The notes under the pieces were generated by a model. That model did not search any database and had not been told where the DNA came from. It saw nothing but the letters and a program-made list of their open reading frames with translations. A DNA stretch of 64,000 bases, from assembly GCA_041638115.1 (NCBI GenBank), contig JBFKXO010000001.1, positions 1,693 to 65,692 of the forward strand, given 5' to 3'. Shown in pieces: positions 1 through 9,284 of the stretch. Numbering within the stretch: the stretch's first letter is position 1; every line of letters begins with the position of its first letter. The stretch is from Litorivivens sp. Its GTDB lineage: Bacteria > Pseudomonadota > Gammaproteobacteria > Pseudomonadales > Spongiibacteraceae. The position numbers and the translations under genes were made by a program.

Positions 1-55
1 CTCTCGAAATCGCCTAAGCACAGCGTCCGGCTCCGGCCGGGCCTTTCGTGATAGC

Positions 56-88
56 AGCCCCGCCTTTTATAAGGCGGGGCTTTTTTTT
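56..88 (+). terminator. Rho-independent terminator of a gene upstream of the window
   Basis: AGCCCCGCCTT-TTAT-AAGGCGGGGCT stem-loop followed by a T8 tract. Confidence 0.85.
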
Positions 89-271
89 GTCTCGAATATG
101 GGCATGCCGGGGCTAGGTCTTGGCTGGCGCGGCTTGCAAATTTCAGCTCACCCCGACTGGGGCCAACATCTGTGTACCGGCCCGGCACGCGCGAGGTCCC
201 TGTGCTACGATACGGCGCTGCAACGATCTGTCGATCGTTCGCTTTCTATTACAGAGCAAGGAAAATATTCA

Positions 272-1807
272 ATGAGCGACTGGACAGCCGGCTACGTAGG
301 CGATGTAGGTTATACCTTCGGATATTATCATGAGATGAATCCGCGCCGCTATGAACTCGCTTTTCTTAACGCCGGCGTGGATTATCCGCGGGCCGGTGCG
401 GCCTGTGAGTTGGGATTTGGTCAGGGTGTCAGCGTTAACGTACATGCTGCGGCCTCGAGCTGTAACTGGTTTGCCACTGACTTTAATCCCGGTCAGGTAG
501 CTTTTGCCAAGCATCTTGCAGAAGGTTCCGGGGCAGATGTCGGGCTCTACGACGAAGGTTTCTCTGATTTCTGCTTGCGGGACGATCTGCCGGACTTCGA
601 CTTTATTGGCCTGCATGGCATCTGGACCTGGATAGACGACGACAACCGCCGGGTGATTGTGGATTTTGTCAGGCGCAAACTAAAGGTTGGTGGGGTGCTC
701 TATATTAGCTACAACACCTTTCCCGGTTGGGCCGACGTTGCGCCGTTGAGGCACCTTATGAAAGAGCATGCCGACAATTTTGGTGTGCCAGGGCAGGGTA
801 TTGTCAGCCGAGCCGGCGACGCCATCAATTTTGTCGAGCGGCTGATGGCGGTTAATCCGCGTTTTGCCAAGGCCAATCCCCATGTGCCTGAACGATACCG
901 CAGCAGTACCAATAAAGACCGGCTCTATGTCGCCCACGAATTTTTTAACCAACATTGGCACCCGATGCATTTCTCGGACATGAAGGAATGGCTGTCTCCT
1001 GCCAAGATGCAGTTTGCCTGTACGGCTCATCTGCAAGACCACATCCCGGCAATCAATATTACTGAGGAGCAAAGGGCCTTTCTCGAGCAGATTCCCGATG
1101 CGGGTTTCCGTGAATCCGCGGCTGACTTTATGGTTAATCGCCAGTTCAGGCGAGATTACTGGGTGAAGGGGGCTAGGGCGCTGACGGAGCTGGAGGTCGT
1201 CGAGCGGTTTCGCGACCTCAGGTTGCTGTTGGTTTCCCACCGACCATCCGTGAGCCTGACGACTAAAGGTTCGCGAGGCGAAGCGACGATGACGGCCGAA
1301 ATCTACGAGCCGTTTCTCGATTTGCTCAGCGAGCATCGTATTATGCGAGTGATTGAGCTAGAGCGCGCGCTTGCGAAAAAAGGCATCGGTTTTGCCCAGC
1401 TCCGCGAGGCAATTGTTTTGATGACGGGCCTTGGTCACGTTGCATTGGTGCAGGAAGACCATGTGATCGAGCAAAGAAAACCATTCTGCGACGGTCTCAA
1501 CCAGCGTTTGATAGCTAATGCTCGCGGTAGTGGGGATGTTAATTACCTTGCGAGCCCGGTTACCGGAGCGGGGGTGGTCGTTACACGCTTTCAGCAGCTA
1601 TTTCTGCGGGCGTTGTTTGCCGGCGCTGACACACCGTCGAAATGGGCTCTGTCTGCGTGGGGGGTGATCGCTGAGCTTGGGGAGAGAGTTGCAAGGGACG
1701 GAAAACCGGTCGATAAGCCCGAAGATAATATTGCCCAGCTTACAGAGCATGCAGAGGAGTTCGCTCACAAACGTTTGCCGATCTTAAAGGCTCTGGGGAT
1801 CGCCTGA
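272..1807 (+). CDS. Class I SAM-dependent methyltransferase with predicted methyltransferase regulatory domain (511 aa), copy 1
   Basis: Start at MSDWTAGY after AAGGA RBS. SAM motif CELGFGQG, FDFIGLHGIWTW, YISYNTFPGW, NRQFRRDYWVKG. Paralog of 9285..10820. Confidence 0.85.
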   Translation: MSDWTAGYVGDVGYTFGYYHEMNPRRYELAFLNAGVDYPRAGAACELGFGQGVSVNVHAAASSCNWFATDFNPGQVAFAKHLAEGSGADVGLYDEGFSDFCLRDDLPDFDFIGLHGIWTWIDDDNRRVIVDFVRRKLKVGGVLYISYNTFPGWADVAPLRHLMKEHADNFGVPGQGIVSRAGDAINFVERLMAVNPRFAKANPHVPERYRSSTNKDRLYVAHEFFNQHWHPMHFSDMKEWLSPAKMQFACTAHLQDHIPAINITEEQRAFLEQIPDAGFRESAADFMVNRQFRRDYWVKGARALTELEVVERFRDLRLLLVSHRPSVSLTTKGSRGEATMTAEIYEPFLDLLSEHRIMRVIELERALAKKGIGFAQLREAIVLMTGLGHVALVQEDHVIEQRKPFCDGLNQRLIANARGSGDVNYLASPVTGAGVVVTRFQQLFLRALFAGADTPSKWALSAWGVIAELGERVARDGKPVDKPEDNIAQLTEHAEEFAHKRLPILKALGIA

Positions 1808-1858
1808 TGGGCGTTGGCGCCGGCGGGTGGAAAGTGATTCGTAGGCTCGGCATTCTTT

Positions 1859-2539
1859 TTGATGATGTTCAAGAAAAGGGGGCAGATGTATTTATCCCAG
1901 CGTGGTCACAATCGCCAGCCTGTATTCATAGAGGAGCGCGATTACCAATATTGCCTCGCCAACCTTCAGGAAGGTTCGGCTGAGTTGGGTTCGAGCGTCT
2001 ACGCGTTTAGCCTGCTGACGAATCATATTCACCTAATTGTTGGCGGCGCTCCGTCAGTTACTGCGATACCGGCGTTAATGAAGCGACTGGCCGGGCGACA
2101 AACACGGTTTGTGAACATGCTATAGCGCCGTACCGGCTCGCTCTGGGAGGGGCGGTATAAAATCAGCCCGGTGGATACGGATACTTACCTGCTACATTGT
2201 TGCCGTTACGTCGAACTGAACCCCATAAAAGCCGGGATAGTTGAGGCGCCGGAGGACTACCCTTGGTCAAGCTGCGCGACTCGACTGGGCGCTGCCCACC
2301 TTGACTGGCTGACTGAGCCTCCAACATATGCGGACCTGGCGGCGACCACGCCGGCTCGGATTCAGGCGTATAGGCAGTTTCTTGGTGCCAGCCCTAACAC
2401 TTACCGTGACCAAGTGATTAAACAGGCGATACAGCGCAACCAGCTTACCGGCGGCATCAACTTTGTCGCCGAAGTTGAGCGCCGCACCGGGATGCGAATT
2501 GAGGCCCGGCCGGCGGGGCGACCGCGCGGAAAGTTATAG
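1859..2539 (+). pseudogene. REP-associated tyrosine transposase (RAYT, Y1/HUH family), interrupted by in-frame TAG and lacking the usual N-terminus
   Basis: QRGHNRQPVF, HUH motif TNHIHL, then FVNML*RRTGSLWEGRYK, RYVELNP, YPWSS, C-terminal GRPRGK. ORFs 1859..2125 and 2171..2539 are in one frame, split by TAG at 2123-2125. Confidence 0.85.
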
Positions 2540-2661
2540 TCGGAACAACCCTTCTGGCTGCTTCTTAATACCGCCGCAATCTCCTCGTTATGTGACATTT
2601 ACGTATTCTGGCGGTATAGCACCTGTGCCACAGTGATAAAAACGGCAAGGACCTACTCACT

Positions 2662-3318
2662 ATGCACACGCCATTCACCTCTGGCCTGAGGGTAAAGCTC
2701 GGTATGGTCGCGGTCGGCTGCGTTGCGTTTGCTTCTCACGCGGCCGCCGGTTGGTACTTGACCCTTGAGCCAGGGTATACCAAAGTGAATTTGGCGCCAA
2801 AGGAAGCGCAGGTCCGCGCCGAGGTTGGCGAGGGCGGTTTGCAGAACCGCGAGCTGAATGATACCTCGCTGGGCTTTTCTGTCGGGCATCGCTTCGGCGA
2901 GTGGCTGGCGGTAGAAGCGGGTTATGTTGATTTGGGCGATGCGGAGTACGCCGTGACCAATGCCCAAAGCGCCGGGTCGTTGCTTGTCCCGGGACAACAG
3001 GCGTCGGGTGTGTACAAGAGCAGCTCCACCGCCGCGTTTCTGGGGCTGGACCTTCGTTTACCCCGCTGGTTTGACCTGACGCCCTTTATGAAAGCGGGCT
3101 ATCTTTATTGGGAGCAAACCGCGCGGCTCACCATAAACGACAACAATGGCGCGCGGGTTACAGCGCTGGATGCCGACGGAGAAGCTGCATACCTTGGTGC
3201 GGGCGTTTCCTGGCAGGTCTCGGCGGTCGGGGCCATTGATTTTACCTACCGGCGTATGACGATCGGTGCAGATCTTGATGCAGAAATGGTCGGTCTGGGC
3301 CTGGTGCTTGAATATTAA
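2662..3318 (+). CDS. Outer-membrane beta-barrel protein (OmpA-like transmembrane domain)
   Basis: Signal peptide, GHRFGEWLAVEAGYVDLG motif, alternating amphipathic strands, terminal aromatic residue (LEY). Confidence 0.8.
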   Translation: MHTPFTSGLRVKLGMVAVGCVAFASHAAAGWYLTLEPGYTKVNLAPKEAQVRAEVGEGGLQNRELNDTSLGFSVGHRFGEWLAVEAGYVDLGDAEYAVTNAQSAGSLLVPGQQASGVYKSSSTAAFLGLDLRLPRWFDLTPFMKAGYLYWEQTARLTINDNNGARVTALDADGEAAYLGAGVSWQVSAVGAIDFTYRRMTIGADLDAEMVGLGLVLEY

Positions 3319-3400
3319 TGGTCTGGCTCGCCTGCCCCGCAAACTAACATCAACTCGATGTCTTTTCTTATATCAGCACTGGGCAAAAAGCCTTTAAAAG

Positions 3401-3429
3401 TTGACGTAACCCTCACGCTACAGTAACTT
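3401..3429 (+). promoter_or_regulatory. Putative sigma70 promoter for the RTX/S-layer gene, enclosed by an 11-bp inverted repeat
   Basis: TTGACG-17 bp-TAACTT, flanked by AAAGCCTTTAA (3387-3397) and TTAAAGGCTTT (3445-3455). Confidence 0.45.
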
Positions 3430-3633
3430 TTCCGCTATGTAGCGTTAAAGGCTTTGCCTGCGCCGTTAGGTGATAGGGCATACGCGAATGTGCATCTATA
3501 AAGCACTCTACCGAACCTAGCGATATCAGGCGCCGATTCCGCCGAGAATACTTGCGTGCGGCCGATAAAACAGCCTGTGGCGAGCGCCTGAAGCAAAACG
3601 ATAATGTCAGATGAATCAACCCCGGGGTAAAGC

Positions 3634-6600
3634 ATGAACCATCACGAGCAGGATTTGGTCCTCAATATTGGCGTAGATGAATTGACGGATCAGGTGGCTG
3701 AGCCATTGGTGGTTGATGTGCCCTCCGTTGAAGAATTTGAACTGGCAGAGAAAAAGCGCCTTGAAGATGCAATCGCAAGCGACGGCCTTGCAGTGGCCGC
3801 GCTGGGGGAAGATGTGGCGCTGGAGTTCGTGGATGCTGCCTTCCCGGCCAACCCACTCGACCTGACCAATCCCCAGGCTGAGGGCGGTGCGGCGGCGGCT
3901 TCTACCGCAGGTGGTGCGGCGGCAACCGGCAGTGCAGCGGGCACAACCACGATTCTGGGCATGACACCGGGTGTTGCTGCGGCGGTCGGCGGTGTGGTTG
4001 CGGTAGGTGGCATTGCGGCTTCTGATGGCGGTTCCAGCTCGTCGTCTTCGACGCCAACGCCGACACCAACGCCTACTCCAACGCCTACCCCGACGCCTAC
4101 TCCAACGCCTACCCCGACGCCTACCCCGACGCCAACGCCAACGCCAACGCCAACGCCGACTCCAACACCGACGCCTGCTGTTGCATCGGACAAAGAGTCC
4201 GTGGATGAGGGCAATAGTGTAACGTTTACGATTAGTGGCCTTGCTGAGGATGCGGAGTCTGTCAGTTATGTGATTTCTGGCGTCAGCGCTGACGATATCA
4301 GCAGCGGCGAACTTTCGGGTAGCGCACAGGTAACCAACGGCACCGCTACCGTCACCATTACCCTGGTGGCAGACGGTTTAACCGAAGGCGAAGAAACCCT
4401 GACCCTGACTGCCGAGGGTGCGTCAGCCAGTGTGACGGTGAACGACACGTCCAATGAGTCGAATACTTTTCAGCTAACTCCCGATGTTGATGATCTTACC
4501 GGCAGCACCGGTGACGATATCTTCAACGCTGATATTCTCACCATCAACGACGGTGACAGCCTGGATGGTGCCGAGGGTAACGACACCCTGATTGCGGTGA
4601 TCAACCAGAACGTATCGGACCAGTTCAGCGCCCAAAACATTGAAACGGTGCGTGTTACCTCGCTGGGCGCACGCGGCGTTGATATGACCAATATCAAAGA
4701 TGTAAACCTATTCACCACCACGGACTCCACCGGAGCACTCAGTCTGACCAATGTGTCGTCGGCCGCGATGGCTTTGGGATTTACGGGAAATGGCGTCAAT
4801 ACGATTAATGCGGCTTATACGGCTGGCACGCCTGAGCAGCCCGGGCAACCAGGTTTTCCGCCGCTTACAGAACCGACACCGGGCACCCCAGCGACGCCCG
4901 GCGCGCTGGACGGCGACAGCGACAAGCTTTCGCTGGTTCTTGACAGTGCCCGAGCAGTGTCAGTAATGGTTTCGGAAGGCTTCGAATCGGCGGCTATTAC
5001 CAATAACGGTAACAGTGATATCGATACGCTGAATACCGGCGCGGCGATTGTACCGACTATCTCCCTTTCGGGTTCAGGCACACTTGATGTTGCTAATGGC
5101 GTATTTGACGATATCAGTGTCCTTCATGCTTCCAGCTACGAAGGCAGCCTGACGACGGGCACGGCTGACGAGGCTGGCTACGCCAGCGGCACGATTTTGG
5201 GTAATGTCGAAGGCACAACCCTGCTGCTGGGTGTCGGCAATGACCGACTCGCGTTTGATTCCAAGGCCGCAGCGGGTGACTCGGATACGGTGCGACTGGG
5301 TGCGGGTGACGATATTCTTGAGATCAAGAGCGTCGATGCCGGTGATACCTATGTATTTGGTGATGCCGGTGACGACAAGATTCGCCTGTCGGGGGTATTT
5401 ACAGTCGATGACGTGGTGGATGGCGGCGCCGGGAACGATACACTGGACGTAAATTCGACTAACAATGAGCTGGTGCTGCGCAATATTGAGAATTTGACAC
5501 TGCAAGCAGGTGTTGGCACCACGACCATAAATTTCTCGAACGTGCCGCTGAAAGTAACGGCTCTGGTCAATAGCACAGCGGTAGATCTTGTTGATTTGGT
5601 CGATGGCTCCACAGTGTCTGTGGTGGCTGATAAAAATGCTGCCGGTAAAGCGGGCGACGTCGATGTCGGCTACAAAGCACTGCAGGACGCTGCCACCGTC
5701 GCAGTTGACTCCGGCTTCGACAGCGCCAGTGTTTTGTCAGTGACTAACGTCAAGAACCTGACGGCGACGATAGGAAAAGAGTCAACATTCGACAATATCG
5801 CCACTGATCAGGCTGAGTCTGTCACCGTAGAGGCCGCTGGAACCCTGATGCTTGATGGCACGGACGCGGTGATTGACGAATCGTCCTCTGGCACTACGTT
5901 AAAGCAAGTGTCGGTGGCAGGCGACGATGGCGTTACGCTAAAGGATATCGGAACTTCAGGGCTCGAAACCCTGACACTCGCCGCGAAAGAAGATCTGACG
6001 TTTGCCAATATCGGCTCTGCGTCGAAAGGGTTGAAAAGTGTCACCTTGAGCAGCACGATCGGGGATATCGATGGTACGGCTGGCAATGTGGGCTCGGTTG
6101 CCAATACGGGGGTTCTTGCGTTCAGCGCGTCTACCGATTCTGGCGACATCAAGCTGGGGAATGTTTCCTCTTTAAAATTAGGGGACGTTTCCATCAGCGC
6201 CGGCGGAAAGGCCAATACCCTGCTGGTGGGTGCTATCGGTGCGGGCGCGGAGGTTTTGGGCAATGTAACGATAACTGCCTCGGGTGACGTAACAACCGGC
6301 ACAATCGGCGATATCAACAATTCCGAGGCGGTGGGTACGATTTCGGTTACGTCTAAAGAAGGTAGCTTGGATCTTGGTGCGATAGAAAGCCATGCCAGTA
6401 GTGGTATGAATGTCAGTCTGAGTGCGAAAACCTCGATTGATAATTCCGGCTCTCAGGCCGAGGTTGTTAATAATAACGGCGATACGAACGTTACGCTGAG
6501 CAACGCAATCGGCTCGGCCAAATTGTTAGTGCAATCTGATAAAGGTGCCGCCAATCTTACCTCGACAATGACGGGTGATCTGGAAGCCACGATGCAGAGC

Positions 6601-7578
6601 AAAGCCACGGTTGGCGATGGTAAAACTTCGACAATCCGGCTCGGTAACGCCTCCGCCGGTAAATCTAATGCCGTAACCATCGCCGGTACCGTGGACAATG
6701 TGAATGTCACGGGGGGTACGGGTGCGGATGTGATCAGCTTCGCTAGTGGTGTCGATATAGCCGGTGGGGTAATTAACCTGGGCGCCGGCATTGATACGTT
6801 GAACCTCACGAATCTCGAGGGTGTTGCCGCTACGGCGGGAAATGGCCTGATCGTAAATCTTGGAAGCAGTACGGTGACCTTTGATAGTGGCCAAAGCTTC
6901 CAGTCCTCTATTGCTGGCGGCCGTATGGCTGAGTACGACGCAGGGGCAACTACCGCTGATGTGGTTACCTCAAACCTGAATATTGCTGTGAGTGGCGTGG
7001 AAACCGTTATCGGTACCGTAAATAGCGATTACCTGATTGGTAGTAGCGCTGCCGATACGTTGGATGGTGCGGGTGGTAGCGACACGCTGTTCGGTGGCGG
7101 CGGTGCCGACCAGCTCACGGGTGGCGCAGGTGCGGATACCTTCGTTTTCTCAGCAGCCGCGTCTAATGGCCTCGACACGATCAAGGACTTCTCTGTGAGT
7201 GATGCCGATGTTTTGGTTGTTAGTGGCTTGGCTGCTTTAGCGGGTGGCAGCGCGCTTGGCGCAGCTAATTCGAACTCGAAGCTTTCCACGGAAGCCTACA
7301 AGGTTATCGCAGTGACGGACAATGCCGCCAACGATTGGAGCGACGTAGAAGCAGTGCTTAATGCGGCGCTCACCGTTGATGCGACGAGTGATGCCAACAC
7401 AACATCTGATGTGACGGTGTTGTTGATCGACAACGGGACAGATACTCGAATCTATTCATTCTCCGGAGATACCAGTGACGATAACGCGGTGACCTTGGCG
7501 ACTGAAGTTACTTTGGTGGGTGTTCTGGAAGGCTTTGGTGATGTTGCAACCTTGACGCAAAGTAATTTTATCGCCTAA
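3634..7578 (+). CDS. Large RTX/S-layer-like type I-secreted surface protein 1 (1314 aa)
   Basis: No Sec signal. Acidic N-terminus, Gly/Ala-rich stretch, (TP)21 linker, Calx-beta-like module, RsaA/SapA-like LTxxxDxLTGxxGDD...[12 protein letters not shown] repeat, GGxGxD RTX repeats, T1SS-type C-terminus (GADTFVF...DTIKDF...LTQSNFIA). Confidence 0.85.
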   Translation: MNHHEQDLVLNIGVDELTDQVAEPLVVDVPSVEEFELAEKKRLEDAIASDGLAVAALGEDVALEFVDAAFPANPLDLTNPQAEGGAAAASTAGGAAATGSAAGTTTILGMTPGVAAAVGGVVAVGGIAASDGGSSSSSSTPTPTPTPTPTPTPTPTPTPTPTPTPTPTPTPTPTPTPTPTPAVASDKESVDEGNSVTFTISGLAEDAESVSYVISGVSADDISSGELSGSAQVTNGTATVTITLVADGLTEGEETLTLTAEGASASVTVNDTSNESNTFQLTPDVDDLTGSTGDDIFNADILTINDGDSLDGAEGNDTLIAVINQNVSDQFSAQNIETVRVTSLGARGVDMTNIKDVNLFTTTDSTGALSLTNVSSAAMALGFTGNGVNTINAAYTAGTPEQPGQPGFPPLTEPTPGTPATPGALDGDSDKLSLVLDSARAVSVMVSEGFESAAITNNGNSDIDTLNTGAAIVPTISLSGSGTLDVANGVFDDISVLHASSYEGSLTTGTADEAGYASGTILGNVEGTTLLLGVGNDRLAFDSKAAAGDSDTVRLGAGDDILEIKSVDAGDTYVFGDAGDDKIRLSGVFTVDDVVDGGAGNDTLDVNSTNNELVLRNIENLTLQAGVGTTTINFSNVPLKVTALVNSTAVDLVDLVDGSTVSVVADKNAAGKAGDVDVGYKALQDAATVAVDSGFDSASVLSVTNVKNLTATIGKESTFDNIATDQAESVTVEAAGTLMLDGTDAVIDESSSGTTLKQVSVAGDDGVTLKDIGTSGLETLTLAAKEDLTFANIGSASKGLKSVTLSSTIGDIDGTAGNVGSVANTGVLAFSASTDSGDIKLGNVSSLKLGDVSISAGGKANTLLVGAIGAGAEVLGNVTITASGDVTTGTIGDINNSEAVGTISVTSKEGSLDLGAIESHASSGMNVSLSAKTSIDNSGSQAEVVNNNGDTNVTLSNAIGSAKLLVQSDKGAANLTSTMTGDLEATMQSKATVGDGKTSTIRLGNASAGKSNAVTIAGTVDNVNVTGGTGADVISFASGVDIAGGVINLGAGIDTLNLTNLEGVAATAGNGLIVNLGSSTVTFDSGQSFQSSIAGGRMAEYDAGATTADVVTSNLNIAVSGVETVIGTVNSDYLIGSSAADTLDGAGGSDTLFGGGGADQLTGGAGADTFVFSAAASNGLDTIKDFSVSDADVLVVSGLAALAGGSALGAANSNSKLSTEAYKVIAVTDNAANDWSDVEAVLNAALTVDATSDANTTSDVTVLLIDNGTDTRIYSFSGDTSDDNAVTLATEVTLVGVLEGFGDVATLTQSNFIA
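4051..4176 (+). repeat. Hexamer tandem repeat encoding (Thr-Pro)21
   Basis: 21 ACN-CCN units with synonymous variation (ACGCCA, ACGCCT, ACTCCA, ACCCCG). Confidence 0.95.
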
Positions 7579-7676
7579 CAGCTCTGCTTGGATAAGGCAG
7601 ACCTTTTGTGCATGCCGTGCTCCTCTTCGTCGCTGAAGGGGGGCTAGGGCGAGCTGATTTTTACAATCGACGGCTG

Positions 7677-9059
7677 CTATTTTGGCCTAAAGTGACAAAA
7701 CACACTCGCAAACCGTCGCCCTTTTAAGGGTGTTGGTCTGCCATGCAATAGCCGACAACTTTCGTAAAACACCATCTCACCCGGTTTCAGCAGAACCTTA
7801 TAGCGCCGATAGGTGTTGTCGTCGATTTGTAGTGGCCAATCCTCATCTACGTCCTGATCAATATTCAAAATGGCACTGATAATGTGGGTGTCTAGCCGAT
7901 CTCGGTGAGGGGTTAGTATCGCTCCGTTGCGATATTCGCGGATGCCATAAACAAAGGTGGGTTCCAGTTTGCAGCCAGCCCATTGCTCAAGAATGGGTTG
8001 CATCTGCTGATGTACCAGGCGACGAAGGTTGTCGCTCAGGTCGATGAGGACGCTGGCAGTTTGGGTGCCCTGTTCCGTATAGACAAAATCTCCCGATACA
8101 CGCTCGGCCTGTGCCTTGGCGGCATTCTCGTGATAGTAAGCTTGTAGTGGTTGCTGCAGGGCTTCCGGGATGCGGGCTAAGTTAAACCCCACTCGCGTGT
8201 AATTCCGGACATTTTCGTTGGCTTCACGCACCCAGCAGGGGGGTGCCGGGTTCTGCCGGCTGCCGCAGCGAAACCATTTGGTAATGACCGCTTTATATCC
8301 CTGTCTGACTGGGTGTGCCTGGTGGAGGCTATTGTGGTTAGGCGAACCGTTTTCATCCAGACTGTTCCAGATCAGGGCTTGGCCCTCCCGGGGCGCAAAT
8401 GCCGTGCCCACGTGACGAAATTCGGTTTCACCGCCGGCTTCAACGGTGTTCAGGTAAACCATAATCGTGTACGTGCGTTGACCCATCGCACCGCCGTGCT
8501 TAGCCAGTTCGTGGGCTTCGAAGTAGTCGGTATGGGCTTTGAATTCCTGTCCCACTTCGTAGTATTGCCCCTGTATGGGTTCTGAATAACTTGGGTCAAT
8601 GCCCAGCAGCTGACATAGCCGTCGGTCAATGTCTTCCACCATGGGGTCGTTCAGAGCGCCGAGGTCGCAGGTTTGGCTGGTGCGAAACGCAGTGTCGTCC
8701 TCGGGGCTCGACAGTGTGGACGGGCGCAGGCGCGAGCGTATCAGCTTGACCAGATAGTCACATTCGCGCGCATTCAGCAAGGGAGTGAGGGTGTAAAGCT
8801 CCAGTTTCGGGCTGTCGAGCTTGGCGGCATTGGGAATGAAAAGCGGTAAATCTGGCCGGGCCGGTGCGGGGCCGCCCGTCCGCAGCGGATTGGCTATCTC
8901 GCGTATATCCCGGCTCGGCGTGTATTGCAGTTCATGGCTAATGGTCTCGTAGCTAAAGCCTTCGTCCAGCAGTATCCGGAATAAGCCGTCCTTTGATTGG
9001 CCTTGGGCTATGTTGGTGGCGATCCAGTTTTTCCAGTCGTCGGAAAAGTGGGTTTTCAT
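7677..9059 (-). CDS. Prolyl 4-hydroxylase-like 2OG-Fe(II) oxygenase with two oxygenase domains
   Basis: Domain 1: EPIQGQYY..GQEFKAHTDYF..GQRTYTIMVYLN..GGETEF..LHQAHPV..GYKAVITKWFR. Domain 2: YGIREY..LTPHRDR..YES..LHGRP. Confidence 0.85.
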   Translation of the reverse strand: MKTHFSDDWKNWIATNIAQGQSKDGLFRILLDEGFSYETISHELQYTPSRDIREIANPLRTGGPAPARPDLPLFIPNAAKLDSPKLELYTLTPLLNARECDYLVKLIRSRLRPSTLSSPEDDTAFRTSQTCDLGALNDPMVEDIDRRLCQLLGIDPSYSEPIQGQYYEVGQEFKAHTDYFEAHELAKHGGAMGQRTYTIMVYLNTVEAGGETEFRHVGTAFAPREGQALIWNSLDENGSPNHNSLHQAHPVRQGYKAVITKWFRCGSRQNPAPPCWVREANENVRNYTRVGFNLARIPEALQQPLQAYYHENAAKAQAERVSGDFVYTEQGTQTASVLIDLSDNLRRLVHQQMQPILEQWAGCKLEPTFVYGIREYRNGAILTPHRDRLDTHIISAILNIDQDVDEDWPLQIDDNTYRRYKVLLKPGEMVFYESCRLLHGRPTPLKGRRFASVFCHFRPK

Positions 9060-9284
9060 TTTGATCGGCCTTCTTCAGTTGCTATCAGCGAGTCCGTCAA
9101 AGATGTGAAGGCTGAGTGTGTAGCGATGTTTTCTTTCATGCGGATGTCTCCCTGCGCGATACAAGTATGCTACTGTTGCTGATCTTTGAAGTACATCATG
9201 GGGGCGGGTGCGCTACTACTCACGCACTATGCAGAATGGTGTGGTATTTGAACTTTTCGCTGGACTAGATACAGAGAATTTATA

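Noticed and set aside
98-271. 58-aa N-terminal extension of methyltransferase 1 in the ORF track
   Set aside because: The paralog starts at M(N/S)DWTAGY, there is an RBS before 272, and starting there gives both copies 511 aa
2123-2125. Stop-codon recoding or readthrough of TAG in the RAYT
   Set aside because: TAG terminates many normal genes here and the gene also lacks its N-terminus, so a pseudogene is the simpler reading
3690-4214. Antisense (Gly-Val)n ORF, and possible CRISPR-like periodicity
   Set aside because: It is the reverse complement of the TP linker, with 6-bp coding units and no spacers or cas genes
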